Shown: positions 1 through 10,951, counted from the first letter of the stretch. The stretch: DNA of 64,000 nt from Tubiluchus corallicola (GCA_030141605.1 JAQGDQ010000180.1:1-64000), one strand, 5' to 3'. Made by a program: numbers and translations. The notes: generated by a model not told the origin, from the letters alone.

Positions 1-47
1 CTATAATTAATGGAAATTAGTTTTACTAGAAAGGGTATTGTTAATAT

Positions 48-611
48 ATGAAAAAGGTAATATTTTTAGATAGAGATGGAACTATAAATGTAGAAAAAAA
101 CTATTTATATAAAATAAGCGATTTTGAATTTGAAAAAAATGCTATAAATGGATTACTTCTAATGAAAAAATTAGGGTATTTATTAATTGTCATTACAAAT
201 CAATCAGGTATAGCTAGGGGTTATTATAATGAGGAAGATGTAAATAAATTGCATAAAGAGGTGAACTTTTATTTAAGTGAAAACTATAATTTTACTATAG
301 ATAGATTTTATTTTTGCCCTCATCATTTAGATGGGGTAATAGAAAAATATGCAATAAACTGTACCTGTAGAAAGCCTAAGAGTAAGCTATTAAAAAGAGC
401 TGTAAAAGATTATTCTATAGACTTATCAAACTCTTACTTAATAGGAGATAAGATAAGTGACATAGAGCTTGGAATAAATAACAGTATTACAAGCTTTTTA
501 GTGGAAACAGGGTATGGGAGTAAAACTAAAAAAATACTAAATAATAAAAATGTGATTATAAAAAAAGATTTATTTCAAGTAGCTAAATATATAGAAGAAA
601 TACGTAAATGA
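48..611 (+). CDS. gmhB: D-glycero-D-manno-heptose 1,7-bisphosphate phosphatase (HAD IIIA, GmhB/HisB-N family)
   Basis: FLDRDGTIN HAD motif I, ITNQSGIARG, CPHH..C.CRKP Zn motif, IGDK.SD. Confidence 0.85.
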   Translation: MKKVIFLDRDGTINVEKNYLYKISDFEFEKNAINGLLLMKKLGYLLIVITNQSGIARGYYNEEDVNKLHKEVNFYLSENYNFTIDRFYFCPHHLDGVIEKYAINCTCRKPKSKLLKRAVKDYSIDLSNSYLIGDKISDIELGINNSITSFLVETGYGSKTKKILNNKNVIIKKDLFQVAKYIEEIRK

Positions 612-638
612 TATACTATTTTTAGAAAGGATTATTTT

Positions 639-1958
639 ATGAATATAAAACAAAAAATACTAAGTGAAATGCTTCCTAATATAAATTTACCTATCAACAT
701 AAATTTTGAAATTGATAGTAGAAAAGTAAAACAAGGTGATATATTTATAGCTATAAGAGGTGGAAATGGTTATATATATAAGGCCTTAGAAAAAGGTGCG
801 TTTCTAGCTATATATGATGATAAAAATATAAAAATAAAGGACCAAAGGGTAAGACTTGTAGAAAACTCTTTAGAATTTTACCAAAATTTTTCTAAAAAAT
901 ATAGAAAGCAACTACAAACTAAAATAATAGGAATAACTGGAAGCAATGGAAAGACAACTACAAAAGATATATTATATAATATTTTATCGAAAGAAAAAAA
1001 AGGGTGTAAAACACCAGGAAATTATAATACAAAAGTAACAGTACCGTACACACTGCTTACTATTAAAGAAGACCATGAATTTCTAGTTTTGGAAATGGGA
1101 ATGAGTGATCTAGGAGATATTTCGAGATTATGTAAAATATCTTCTCCTAACTATGGAATTATTACTAACATTGGTCAATCGCACTTAGAATCATTAAAAA
1201 CAGAAGAAAATGTATTTAAAGGTAAAACAGAAATGTTGAATTATATAGAAAATGAAAACATAGTAGTAAATGGCGATGACAACTACTTAAAAGGCTTAAA
1301 AAAAGTTGTTAAAGTAGGATATAATGATGATAATGACTATGTAATAAAAGATGTTGTTGAAGGAAATGATGGTACAAAATATAAATTGTTTTCAAATTTA
1401 GATAAAAAATCTTATGATTTTTCATCAAATATACTAGGAAAACATAATGTTTTAAATGCTGCTTTGGCTTCAGTTTCTGCATATCTATATGGTATTACGT
1501 TTGAAAATATTAGAAATAATATAAAAAAAATTGAAATTAGTGAAATGAGGTTTCAAAAAATAGTTGTTGGAGATGATGTTGTTATCAATGATGCTTATAA
1601 CTCAAGCCCTTTGTCTGTAAAACATTCTATAGAAACTTTTGACAATATCTATAAAAAATACTTAAAAATAGTAGTATTAGGTGACATGTTAGAACTTGGA
1701 GAAAAAAGTAAATTTTACCATGAGGATCTAGCAAAAATAATAATACCTTCTTCAATTAATAAAGTGTTTTTATACGGTTCAGAAATGAAATATTTGTTTG
1801 AAAAGCTAAAAAAACATAAAAAAAAGGAAGTTAAGCATTTTGAAAGTAAAGAAGATTTAAAAAAATATTTATATCAAATAAAAGATAAGAAAGCTATTTT
1901 ATTAAAAGGGTCTAGAGGAATGGCTTTAGAAACATTGATAAAGGGAGATGATAGATAG
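639..1958 (+). CDS. murF: UDP-MurNAc-tripeptide--D-Ala-D-Ala ligase
   Basis: DSRKV, GITGSNGKTTTKD P-loop, VLEMGM, INDAYN, VLGDMLELG, LLKGSRGM; lies upstream of mraY. Confidence 0.93.
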   Translation: MNIKQKILSEMLPNINLPININFEIDSRKVKQGDIFIAIRGGNGYIYKALEKGAFLAIYDDKNIKIKDQRVRLVENSLEFYQNFSKKYRKQLQTKIIGITGSNGKTTTKDILYNILSKEKKGCKTPGNYNTKVTVPYTLLTIKEDHEFLVLEMGMSDLGDISRLCKISSPNYGIITNIGQSHLESLKTEENVFKGKTEMLNYIENENIVVNGDDNYLKGLKKVVKVGYNDDNDYVIKDVVEGNDGTKYKLFSNLDKKSYDFSSNILGKHNVLNAALASVSAYLYGITFENIRNNIKKIEISEMRFQKIVVGDDVVINDAYNSSPLSVKHSIETFDNIYKKYLKIVVLGDMLELGEKSKFYHEDLAKIIIPSSINKVFLYGSEMKYLFEKLKKHKKKEVKHFESKEDLKKYLYQIKDKKAILLKGSRGMALETLIKGDDR

Positions 1959-3040
1959 TGTTGTATTATTTTGCATCAATAATAGAAAGTTTTGAATGGT
2001 TTACATCAATTTATTTAAGAGTATTTTTTGGATTTATATTATCATTTTCTTTTATGTTAATATTTGGAAAACCCTTTATAAGCTTTTTAAAAAGAAAAAA
2101 ATATGGAGATGAAATACGAGAGGAAGGGCCAGATGGGCATAAAAGTAAAAAAGGAACTCCAACAATGGGAGGCGTTTTAATGTTATGTTCTATTGTAATA
2201 GTTTCACTTTTGATGACAAACTTATCAAATTCATTTATAATTGTTTTACTAGGCGTAACAGTTAGTGTAGGATTAATAGGATTTGTAGATGATTTTATGA
2301 AATTTACTAATAAAAATGGGATGCCTGGAAAAATAAAAATAGCAGGGCAAGGTGCAATAACTGTAACACTATGGCTATTTATACTTATATCAGGCTTAAC
2401 TCAGGATAAAATGGTTGACTTTGCAATTGTAAACCCTATAAAAGCTAATTCTTATTTTTATATAACGCCTATAGTTTTCTTAGTCTTTATAGGTCTTGTA
2501 TTTGTAGGTGCGTCAAATTCAGTTAATTTAACAGATGGGTTAGATGGACTAGTAATAATGCCAGTAATTATTGCAGCAGCTTTTTTAGGAACAGTTGCAT
2601 ATTTTACAGGAGATGAAAAATTAAGTGAATTTTTAAATCTTTATTATATAGCTGGAGCTAGTGAAATATCTGTATTTTTAGCAATATTAATAGGTGCAGG
2701 GTTAGGCTTTTTATGGTTTAATTTTTACCCAGCTCAAGTTTTTATGGGAGATACAGGTTCATTATCTTTAGGGGCCTTGCTAGGGACAATATCTATACTT
2801 CTAAAGCAAGAGTTACTTTTTTTTATTGTTGGTTTTCTATTTGTAATAGAAGCTTTATCTGTCATTATACAAGTGTCTTATTTTAAAAAAACAAGAAAAA
2901 GAATATTTAAAATGGCTCCAATACATCATCATTTTGAATTATTAGGAATACCTGAAAGTAAAGTAACAATAAGGTTTTGGGTGATAGCATTAATGTGCTC
3001 TATTTTAGGTATGATAGTTATAAGAATAAGAGGTTTTTAA
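1958..3040 (+). CDS. mraY: Phospho-N-acetylmuramoyl-pentapeptide transferase
   Basis: KKGTPTMGG, NSVNLTDGLDGL, VFMGDTGSL, MAPIHHHFE; GTG start overlapping the murF stop. Confidence 0.97.
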   Translation: MLYYFASIIESFEWFTSIYLRVFFGFILSFSFMLIFGKPFISFLKRKKYGDEIREEGPDGHKSKKGTPTMGGVLMLCSIVIVSLLMTNLSNSFIIVLLGVTVSVGLIGFVDDFMKFTNKNGMPGKIKIAGQGAITVTLWLFILISGLTQDKMVDFAIVNPIKANSYFYITPIVFLVFIGLVFVGASNSVNLTDGLDGLVIMPVIIAAAFLGTVAYFTGDEKLSEFLNLYYIAGASEISVFLAILIGAGLGFLWFNFYPAQVFMGDTGSLSLGALLGTISILLKQELLFFIVGFLFVIEALSVIIQVSYFKKTRKRIFKMAPIHHHFELLGIPESKVTIRFWVIALMCSILGMIVIRIRGF

Positions 3041-3043
3041 ACT

Positions 3044-4360
3044 ATGAAAAAAGCAATGATTTTTGGGGCAGGAATAAGCGGAGAAGGAGCTTCTAATTTA
3101 TTACAAAAAAATGGATATAATGTAATTTTAGTTGATGACAAGATAGGGGAAATACCATCAAGTGATGCATATAAATATATTGATGATATGGATTTATTCA
3201 TAAAAAGTCCAGGTTTTCCATACTTAGAAGTGATAAAAAAAATAAAGGGAAATGAAGAGAAAAAAGAGCTTATAGGTGAAATAGAGCTAGCTTATCGTTA
3301 CTTTAAAAAAAATAATAAAAAAGGAAAAATAATAGCAGTTACAGGAACTAATGGAAAATCCTCTGTGGTAACCTATATTTATAAAATATTAAAAGATTTA
3401 GATTATAAAGTTGCACTAGGAGGAAATATCGGAACCTCTTTTTCAGAAATAGTTTTAAGAAACAAAAAATATGATTATGTTATATTAGAACTAAGCTCTT
3501 ATCAGCTTGAAAACATAAAACATTTTAAAAGCAATATAAGTATAATACTGAATTTATCACCAGATCATTTAAATAGATATCCTTCACTTGAAAAGTATTA
3601 TTTAGCAAAATTAAATATATTAAATAACCAAAATCAAAATGATTGGTTTATTGGTAATAAAAGTAATGTTTTTTTATGGGAAAAATTAAAGCCATATAAA
3701 ATAAAAAAAAGCTGGATACATTTAAGTGATAATAAATCAGATATGTATATGTATGACAATACTATATATTATAAAAATAAAGAAATAATGAAAGTGGATG
3801 ATTTATTATTAGAAGGAAACCATAATATAGAAAATATTCTTTTTGTTATTGGTGTGATGAAAATTCTTAATATTAAAAATACTTTATTTGTAGAAAAATT
3901 AAAAAACATAAAGTCATTAGAACACCGAATGGAATATTTTTATAGCTATGGGAAAGTAAAATTTATAAATGATTCCAAAGGAACAAATATAGACTCTGCT
4001 ATAACAGCTATAAATTCATATAAAAATCCAATTATTATTTGCGGAGGGCAAGATAAGAATATAGATTTATCAAACTTTATAAATGTATTAAATAAAAATA
4101 GCAAAATAGTATTATTAGTTGGAGAAATATCAGATGAAATAGAAAAACAACTATTAAATAAAAATTACTTAAAAGAGGATATATATAATGTAAAAACTAT
4201 TGATAATGCAATTGAAGTATTAAAGAGTAAGATTTCAAAAGAAGTAGAAGATGTGGTTTTGCTTTCTCCAGCTACTTCTAGTTTTGACCAATTTGAAAAC
4301 TTTGAAGAAAGAGGCTTATACTTCAAGAAGAAAGTAATGGAAGTATTTAAAAAAAATTAA
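3044..4360 (+). CDS. murD: UDP-MurNAc-L-Ala--D-Glu ligase
   Basis: GAGISG, KSPG, AVTGTNGK, LELSSYQLE, DHLNRY, INDSKGTN, LLSPATSSFDQF. Confidence 0.95.
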   Translation: MKKAMIFGAGISGEGASNLLQKNGYNVILVDDKIGEIPSSDAYKYIDDMDLFIKSPGFPYLEVIKKIKGNEEKKELIGEIELAYRYFKKNNKKGKIIAVTGTNGKSSVVTYIYKILKDLDYKVALGGNIGTSFSEIVLRNKKYDYVILELSSYQLENIKHFKSNISIILNLSPDHLNRYPSLEKYYLAKLNILNNQNQNDWFIGNKSNVFLWEKLKPYKIKKSWIHLSDNKSDMYMYDNTIYYKNKEIMKVDDLLLEGNHNIENILFVIGVMKILNIKNTLFVEKLKNIKSLEHRMEYFYSYGKVKFINDSKGTNIDSAITAINSYKNPIIICGGQDKNIDLSNFINVLNKNSKIVLLVGEISDEIEKQLLNKNYLKEDIYNVKTIDNAIEVLKSKISKEVEDVVLLSPATSSFDQFENFEERGLYFKKKVMEVFKKN

Positions 4361-4368
4361 TATTATTC

Positions 4369-4397
4369 TTGACGTTCAAATAAATAATGTTTATAAT
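4369..4397 (+). promoter_or_regulatory. Sigma70-type promoter upstream of murG
   Basis: TTGACG (4369-4374), 17-bp spacer, TATAAT (4392-4397) in the murD-murG gap. Confidence 0.75.
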
Positions 4398-4452
4398 TTA
4401 AAGTGATTACATGTGACTTTATAATAATAATGCAAGGAAATGGAGAAATAAA

Positions 4453-5520
4453 ATGACAAAAGTAATAATAACTACAGGAGGGACAGGAGGGCATATATAT
4501 CCTGCTTTAGCTGTTGCAAATGAGCTAAAAAAAAGAGGAGTAGATATTATTTTTGTTGGAAGCCAAAAACGAATGGAATCTAAGATAGTAAGTGAAAATC
4601 AGATTAAATTTATTGCTTTAGATATAGAACCTTTAAATAAATTTAAAAATTTTTTTAAACTACTAAAAAGTACGACTAAAAGTTTACGTATAATATTAAA
4701 AGAAAAGCCTAAAGCAGTTATAGGTTTTGGAAATTATATTTCAATTCCAATACTGATAGCAAGTTTTATTTTAGGTAAAAAAATATATTTGCAAGAACAA
4801 AATGCTGAGTTAGGACTTGCTAATAAAATGTTTTATAAATTTTCTAAAAGAACTTTCTTAGCCTTTGAAAAAACTTATGATAGTTTACCTAGTAAATATC
4901 AAAAAAAGCTACTTGTTACAGGAAACCCTCTTAGGGAAGAATTTTATAGTTTAAATAAAGATGTAGAAAGAGAAAAATTAAAACTAGGAGTAAATGAAAA
5001 ACTATTACTTATAATTGGAGGGAGTTTAGGGGCTAAAAGTATAAATGATGCGGTAGCCTCTAAGTGGAACTTTCTTCACAATAATAAAAATATTAGAATA
5101 TACTGGGCCACTGGTGAAAATAATATAGATGAAATAGAAAATAAAATTCATAAATATAGTGGAAAAGATATGATAAAGCCTTTTTTTAATAATATTGGTA
5201 ACATTATGAGTGCAGCAGACCTTGTTTTATGTAGAGCTGGTGCTTTAACTATATCAGAGTTAATCGAGCTTCAAAAACCATCAATAATAATACCGTATCA
5301 ATATAAAAATGTAGGTCAGCTTGGAAATGTAAATTTACTTTTGAAAAAAGAAGCATGTATTATTTTTAATAATGAAGAAACAGAGGATGCAGTGGAAAGA
5401 GCAATAAACCTTTTAGATGAAGAAGAAAATTTAAATAAATTGTCAATAAATATAAAAGAGCTTAGAATAAAAAATTCAACTAAAAAAATAGTGGAAGAGT
5501 TAGACATTTGGAGGAATTAA
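4453..5520 (+). CDS. murG: Lipid II GlcNAc transferase
   Basis: GGTGGHIYPA, QEQN, TGNPLR, GGSLGA, CRAGALT. Confidence 0.96.
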   Translation: MTKVIITTGGTGGHIYPALAVANELKKRGVDIIFVGSQKRMESKIVSENQIKFIALDIEPLNKFKNFFKLLKSTTKSLRIILKEKPKAVIGFGNYISIPILIASFILGKKIYLQEQNAELGLANKMFYKFSKRTFLAFEKTYDSLPSKYQKKLLVTGNPLREEFYSLNKDVEREKLKLGVNEKLLLIIGGSLGAKSINDAVASKWNFLHNNKNIRIYWATGENNIDEIENKIHKYSGKDMIKPFFNNIGNIMSAADLVLCRAGALTISELIELQKPSIIIPYQYKNVGQLGNVNLLLKKEACIIFNNEETEDAVERAINLLDEEENLNKLSINIKELRIKNSTKKIVEELDIWRN

Positions 5521-5524
5521 TAAA

Positions 5525-6892
5525 TTGGAAAAAGTTTACTTTATAGGAATAAATGGAATTGGAATGAGTGGTCTTGCAAAAGTAATGGCTTGTCAAGGAT
5601 ATGATGTTTTTGGAGCAGACCTAGCAATAAAACCGGTAACTGAAGAATTAAAAAAACAAGGAATAACTATATATAACGAGCATAAAAAAGATAATGTGGA
5701 AGGATCTACTCTAGTAGTATATTCCACTGCAATAAATAGCAACAACCCTGAGCTACAGTATGCAAAAAAAAATAATATTCCAACTATAAGAAGAGGGGAA
5801 CTATTAGGAAGGCTGTTTAATAAGAAAAGAGGTATTGCAGTTGCAGGAACTCATGGTAAGACTACGACAAGTTCAATGTTAGGAAGTGTACTTTTATCTT
5901 TAGACCCTACTATTGTAGTGGGTGGTATTTTACCAGAAATAAGTAGCAATGCACATATAGGAAATGGAGAGCTTTTTATAACAGAAGCAGATGAAAGCGA
6001 TAACTCATTTTTGTTTTTAAAACCGTATCATTCTATTATTACAAATGTTGAAGCTGATCATTTGGAGATACATGGAAGCTTTGATAACATAAAAAAATCT
6101 TTTAAACAATTTATGAATCAAACTAGTTCAAAAAAAATAATAAATATAGATTGTGAAGAACTTCTAAAGCTATCAGAGGATTTAGAAAATAGCAATATAA
6201 TAACCTATAGTATAAAAGATAGCTCAGCAGACATATATGCTTATGATATAAGGGTAGAAAATGGAAAAACTGTATATAAAGTTAACATAAATGGTTATAA
6301 CTTAGGCGACTTTAAACTTTCAATTCCTGGAGGGCATAATATTTCTAACAGCCTAGGAGTGATTTATCTAGCTTTTAATTATAATATAGATTTAAACATA
6401 CTAAAATCTAGGTTAGAAAAATTTAAAGGTGCTAAAAGAAGGTATGATATTTTATATGATAGCAATATAAAAATTATTGATGACTACGCCCATCATCCAA
6501 CTGAAATCAAAGCAACACTGGATGGAGCTAGATCAATAGAAACCAATAAAAAGATAATAGCTATATTTCAGCCTCATAGGTACAGTAGGGTAAAGTTTTT
6601 ATTTGAGGAGTTTAAAGGTGTTTTTGATAAAGCAGATGAAATTATACTTCTTCCTATATATAGCGCAGGAGAAGATGACATATTTGGCATAACATTAGAA
6701 AAAATAGCTGACAAAATAGGTCAACATAAAGAGATAACTATTCTTATGGATGCAGAAGACTTGTATAAAGAGATAGACAAAAGAATAACAGATGATAATG
6801 AAGTATTTTTATTTATGGGAGCAGGAAATATTTCTCAAATGGCGTATAAAATAAAAGAAAGGATTGAAGTAATTAATAATGAAAATACATAA
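5525..6892 (+). CDS. murC: UDP-MurNAc--L-Ala ligase
   Basis: IGINGIGMSGLA, AGTHGKTTT, EADESD, DDYAHHPTE, FQPHRYSR; TTG start after a GGAGG SD. Confidence 0.97.
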   Translation: MEKVYFIGINGIGMSGLAKVMACQGYDVFGADLAIKPVTEELKKQGITIYNEHKKDNVEGSTLVVYSTAINSNNPELQYAKKNNIPTIRRGELLGRLFNKKRGIAVAGTHGKTTTSSMLGSVLLSLDPTIVVGGILPEISSNAHIGNGELFITEADESDNSFLFLKPYHSIITNVEADHLEIHGSFDNIKKSFKQFMNQTSSKKIINIDCEELLKLSEDLENSNIITYSIKDSSADIYAYDIRVENGKTVYKVNINGYNLGDFKLSIPGGHNISNSLGVIYLAFNYNIDLNILKSRLEKFKGAKRRYDILYDSNIKIIDDYAHHPTEIKATLDGARSIETNKKIIAIFQPHRYSRVKFLFEEFKGVFDKADEIILLPIYSAGEDDIFGITLEKIADKIGQHKEITILMDAEDLYKEIDKRITDDNEVFLFMGAGNISQMAYKIKERIEVINNENT

Positions 6893-7718
6893 TTCTTATA
6901 GTATGAAAAATCTTTCAAATATGAAAATTGGAGGTATTGCAAAAGAATATATTGAGGTTGAAACAAGAGAAGATTTGTTAAAAATATTAAAGTCTAAAAA
7001 AAATATATTTATTTTAGGTAATGGAACTAATACATTGATATTTGATGGAGATTTAGACAAAACTTTTGTGAGCTTATTAAGAATGAAACAAATAAAAGAC
7101 CTTGGAAATTATAAAATAGAAGTAGAATCAGGATATAATTTTGATGACTTAATAGATTTTTCTGGTGAAAAAAATTATTCAGGACTAGAAAATCTATCAG
7201 GAATACCAGGAAGTGTTGGTGGGCTAGTGTATATGAACGGTGGAGCTTACGGCACAGAAATATTTGATTGTATAGAAAAAATAGAAATAATAGATGAAAA
7301 TAATGAATTAAAGTGGAAAACAAAGGAGGAAATAAATTTTTCCTATAGAAATACAGAGATTCAAAGAAAATCTTGGGTTGTAGTGTCTGTTGTGTTAAAA
7401 TTAAAAAAAGATTTTGATAAAGAAAAAGTTAAAGAATTAAGAAATAATAGAAAGAAAAAACACCCTATTGATAAACCAAATTTAGGTAGTACTTTTAAAA
7501 ATCCTGAGGGTAAATTTTCAGCAGAACTTATTATAGAAGCGGGGATGCAAGGTCACCAGATAGGAGATGCAAGAATATCCAAAAAACATCCTAATTTTAT
7601 AGAAAACTTAGGAAATGCAAGCTTTGAAGATATAGTGACTTTAATAAAAGAAGTAAAGAAAAAAGTTAAAGAAAAAAGCGGGATAAATTTAGAGGAAGAA
7701 ATAGTAATAGTTAAATAA
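6879..7718 (+). CDS. murB: UDP-N-acetylenolpyruvoylglucosamine reductase
   Basis: IGG.A, LGNGTN, GIPGSVGG..MNGGAYG, FSYRNT, GSTFKNP, SKKHPNFIEN. Confidence 0.95.
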   Translation: MKIHNSYSMKNLSNMKIGGIAKEYIEVETREDLLKILKSKKNIFILGNGTNTLIFDGDLDKTFVSLLRMKQIKDLGNYKIEVESGYNFDDLIDFSGEKNYSGLENLSGIPGSVGGLVYMNGGAYGTEIFDCIEKIEIIDENNELKWKTKEEINFSYRNTEIQRKSWVVVSVVLKLKKDFDKEKVKELRNNRKKKHPIDKPNLGSTFKNPEGKFSAELIIEAGMQGHQIGDARISKKHPNFIENLGNASFEDIVTLIKEVKKKVKEKSGINLEEEIVIVK

Positions 7719-7771
7719 AATATTTTTAGATTAGATATTTAAAAGTAGGTGCACAATATTAAGGAGATTTC

Positions 7772-8458
7772 ATGCTAGGTAAAATATTTTTTATATTTTT
7801 AGTTTTTATTGTTTTATTTTCTATAAAAAATTTTACTATTTTTACAGAAAATGAAATTTTTTCAGTAAAACACATTGAATTTGAAAATGTGACTAAAAGT
7901 GTAGAAAATGATATAATGGTGAACTTAGATATATTAAAAGAGAAAAACATATGGGATATTGAAGAAGAAAATATCAAAGAAATTTTAGAAAAAGATATAA
8001 GAATAGAAAGTGTAAGTATAGAAAAAATTATGCCTAATAAGCTCAAAATAAATATTAAAGAAACAGAACCTTCTATGTATATTAATTATAAGAATAAATT
8101 ATATTTAGTAGATTTTAATGGAAATATACTAGGAACTGCAAATGAATATAAAGGGTATGACCTTATTATAGGAGAAGTAAAAAATATAGAAGAAATAGAA
8201 GATATTCTTAGTGTTCTTAAAAATATTGAAGATGACTTTTTAAAAAACTTTATTTCACAAATAGTCTATGTAAAGCCTTATGAAATAGACCTTATACTTA
8301 AAGATGGTACTAAGATAAAAACGTTACCTATAGTAGTTCCAAAAGAATATACTGTAAGTACTAAATTATATTTGAAGATAAAGAATGAACAAAAAAATAA
8401 AAAAATAGAGTATATTGATATAAGATTTGAAGACTATATTGTAAAATCAGGAGAGTGA
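7772..8458 (+). CDS. ftsQ: Cell division protein FtsQ/DivIB-like
   Basis: N-terminal TM helix, POTRA-like segment ending PNKLKINIKE, C-terminal YIDIRF; directly upstream of ftsA. Confidence 0.75.
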   Translation: MLGKIFFIFLVFIVLFSIKNFTIFTENEIFSVKHIEFENVTKSVENDIMVNLDILKEKNIWDIEEENIKEILEKDIRIESVSIEKIMPNKLKINIKETEPSMYINYKNKLYLVDFNGNILGTANEYKGYDLIIGEVKNIEEIEDILSVLKNIEDDFLKNFISQIVYVKPYEIDLILKDGTKIKTLPIVVPKEYTVSTKLYLKIKNEQKNKKIEYIDIRFEDYIVKSGE

Positions 8459-8462
8459 AATC

Positions 8463-9836
8463 ATGATTAATAGCTTTAAAAACATGAAATTTGGAATAGA
8501 TTTAGGGAGCTCTAGGATAAGAATTTTTTACGGAGAAATATCAGGAGATGGTCGAAGGATAAAGGTAATTGATAGTGAAGAAAGGAAATCTCAAGGTATA
8601 GAACAAGGAATAATAAAGGATAAAGAGAAAGTAAAAGAAATTATACTAGATATTAAAAAAGCTATAGAAAATAAGCATAATATAGATTTTAATAAGGCAA
8701 TGGTTGGAGTAACTGGAGGAAATATAAAATCTATAACAACAAAGGTTTTTTATCTGTATTCTTCAGAAGAAGAATCTCCAGTTACAATAGACGACTTTAA
8801 AAAAACTATAAAAATAGCAGAAAATAAAATAAAAAAAGAAGATGACTATATAATTGATGAAATTCCATATAATTTTAGAATAGATAACTCAGGAATTATA
8901 AAAAAGCCAATAGGAATTCCAGGGAAGGAAATACAAGCTCATGTTCACTTTGTTATAACTCAAAAGGAAAATATAAATACGATTAAAGAATTATTTGAAG
9001 AATGCAATATTGAAGTTGATGGGATTAGGTTAAGTGGATATGCTGCTTCAAAAGCTATTTTATCTATGGAGGATACGAAAGGTATTACCTTTATAGATAT
9101 TGGAGATGGGATAATTGATTTACTTATTTTTAAAAATGATAGATTAATTTATACTTCTTCAATTGCAATGGGAGGTGAATATTTAAAAAAAGATATAAGT
9201 TACTTATTAGATGTGGGAGAAGAAGTTGCAGAAGAAATTTTAAAGGATATTGAAGATAAAGATGATAATGATATAATTAAAATGTCAAATCAATTTGAGG
9301 TTAAGGAAAAGGAAGTATCTGTTTCCTACATAAAAGAAATAATAAGAGCTAGAATAGAAGATATTATTGAATATTTAGAAAAAGATATAGAAAGATCTGG
9401 TTATAAAAAATATATTCAAGAAGGCATAGTAATATCTGGAGGCATATCTAATGTTAGTTTATTTCAAAAAGTGCTAGAAGAAAAATTTGGTGCAGAGGTG
9501 AAAGTTGGAGAAATTATAGAGATAGATGGATTAGATGATGACAAAAGAACTCATGATAAATCAACTTCAATAGGACTTTTATTAGAGGCCTTTGAAAAGG
9601 AATACAGAAATTTAAAAAAAAGAAAGGTAAATAGAGTAAGGGTTGAGCGTAAAAGAAGCAATGAAAAAAGTAGCATAAATACTGAAAGTAAAGAAGAAAA
9701 AAATGAAATGACAACAAGCACAAATAAAAATATTGAAACAAATCTAAATAGTAACATTAAACTTGAAGAAAAGGAAGATGAAAATCTTAAAAAAGAGAAA
9801 TTTAGTTTAAAAAAATGGTTTTCTAACTTTTTATAA
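8463..9836 (+). CDS. ftsA: Cell division protein FtsA
   Basis: GIDLGSS, FIDIGDG, GIVISGG actin-like motifs; C-terminal amphipathic helix FSLKKWFSNFL; upstream of ftsZ. Confidence 0.92.
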   Translation: MINSFKNMKFGIDLGSSRIRIFYGEISGDGRRIKVIDSEERKSQGIEQGIIKDKEKVKEIILDIKKAIENKHNIDFNKAMVGVTGGNIKSITTKVFYLYSSEEESPVTIDDFKKTIKIAENKIKKEDDYIIDEIPYNFRIDNSGIIKKPIGIPGKEIQAHVHFVITQKENINTIKELFEECNIEVDGIRLSGYAASKAILSMEDTKGITFIDIGDGIIDLLIFKNDRLIYTSSIAMGGEYLKKDISYLLDVGEEVAEEILKDIEDKDDNDIIKMSNQFEVKEKEVSVSYIKEIIRARIEDIIEYLEKDIERSGYKKYIQEGIVISGGISNVSLFQKVLEEKFGAEVKVGEIIEIDGLDDDKRTHDKSTSIGLLLEAFEKEYRNLKKRKVNRVRVERKRSNEKSSINTESKEEKNEMTTSTNKNIETNLNSNIKLEEKEDENLKKEKFSLKKWFSNFL

Positions 9837-9864
9837 ATAGAAAAATGTCAGGAGGAAAGATATA

Positions 9865-10917
9865 ATGGACAGTGGAATTGTAAGAATAAAAGTAATGGGA
9901 ATTGGTGGAGCTGGAGGCAATGCTATAGACGATATGATTTCTTCAGGAGTTGGAGGAGTCGAATATATTGCAGCAAATACTGATGCGCAAGATTTACATA
10001 ATTCATTAGCAGATGTAAGGATACAACTAGGAGAAGAATTAACTAGAGGATTGGGAGCTGGAGCTAACCCAGAAATTGGGAGGCAAGCAGCAGAGTCAGA
10101 TCAAGAAAAAATAAAAACACTTTTAGAAGAAACAGATATGCTTTTTGTAACTGCAGGAATGGGAGGAGGCACTGGGACAGGAGCAGCTCCTATAATATCT
10201 GGTATAGCAAAGGGTATGGGGATTCTTACTGTTGGAGTTGTTACAAAACCTTTTACCTTTGAAGGAAGACAAAGAATAAAAAATGCTTTAGAGGGTCTAG
10301 AAAATTTAAAGACAGAAGTAGATGCTTTAGTGGTTATACCTAATGATAAATTATTTGAACTTCCTGAAAAAGTAATTACATTTAAAAATGCATTTAAAGA
10401 GGCCAATAATATTTTAAAGATAGGTATAAAAGGTGTTGCAGAGTTAGTATTACAACACGGTCTAATAAACTTAGATTTTGCAGATTTAAAGGCAGTAATG
10501 GGAAATTCAGGTATTGCTATGCTAGGTTTTGGAGAAGCTGAAGGTGAAAATAGAGCTATGAGAGCTGCAGAAAAAGCTCTTAAGAGTCCTTTACTTGAAA
10601 AAGCAATTAGTGGAGCTAATAAAATATTAATAAAAATAACAGGAGATCAAAACTTTGGGCTAAATGAAGCTTATGCGATTACTAATTTAGTTAGTGAAGA
10701 AGCAGGTAAGCAAGCAGACGATGTAATGTTTGGTCTTGCTTTAGATGAAAGCTTTGAGGATAAAGTAGAAATAACAATTATTGCAACGAATTTTGAAAAT
10801 GAAACTGTAGAAACAAAAGAAAAAGTATTTACAAGGACTACTTCAGAAAAGCCACCTGTAAATACTGACGATAAGGACCTTGAAATACCTGCATGGATAA
10901 GAAGAAAGAACACATAA
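9865..10917 (+). CDS. ftsZ: Cell division protein FtsZ
   Basis: GIGGAGGNA, GLGAGANPE, GMGGGTGTG tubulin signature, INLDFAD, C-terminal LEIPAWIRR. Confidence 0.99.
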   Translation: MDSGIVRIKVMGIGGAGGNAIDDMISSGVGGVEYIAANTDAQDLHNSLADVRIQLGEELTRGLGAGANPEIGRQAAESDQEKIKTLLEETDMLFVTAGMGGGTGTGAAPIISGIAKGMGILTVGVVTKPFTFEGRQRIKNALEGLENLKTEVDALVVIPNDKLFELPEKVITFKNAFKEANNILKIGIKGVAELVLQHGLINLDFADLKAVMGNSGIAMLGFGEAEGENRAMRAAEKALKSPLLEKAISGANKILIKITGDQNFGLNEAYAITNLVSEEAGKQADDVMFGLALDESFEDKVEITIIATNFENETVETKEKVFTRTTSEKPPVNTDDKDLEIPAWIRRKNT

Positions 10918-10922
10918 AAAGC

Positions 10923-10951
10923 TTGAAATTTATTGTTAAAAATGATAAAAT
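10923..10951 (+). promoter_or_regulatory. Sigma70-type promoter of rpsF-ssb-rpsR
   Basis: TTGAAA (10923-28), 17-bp spacer, extended -10 TG-A-TAAAAT (10943-51). Confidence 0.7.
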
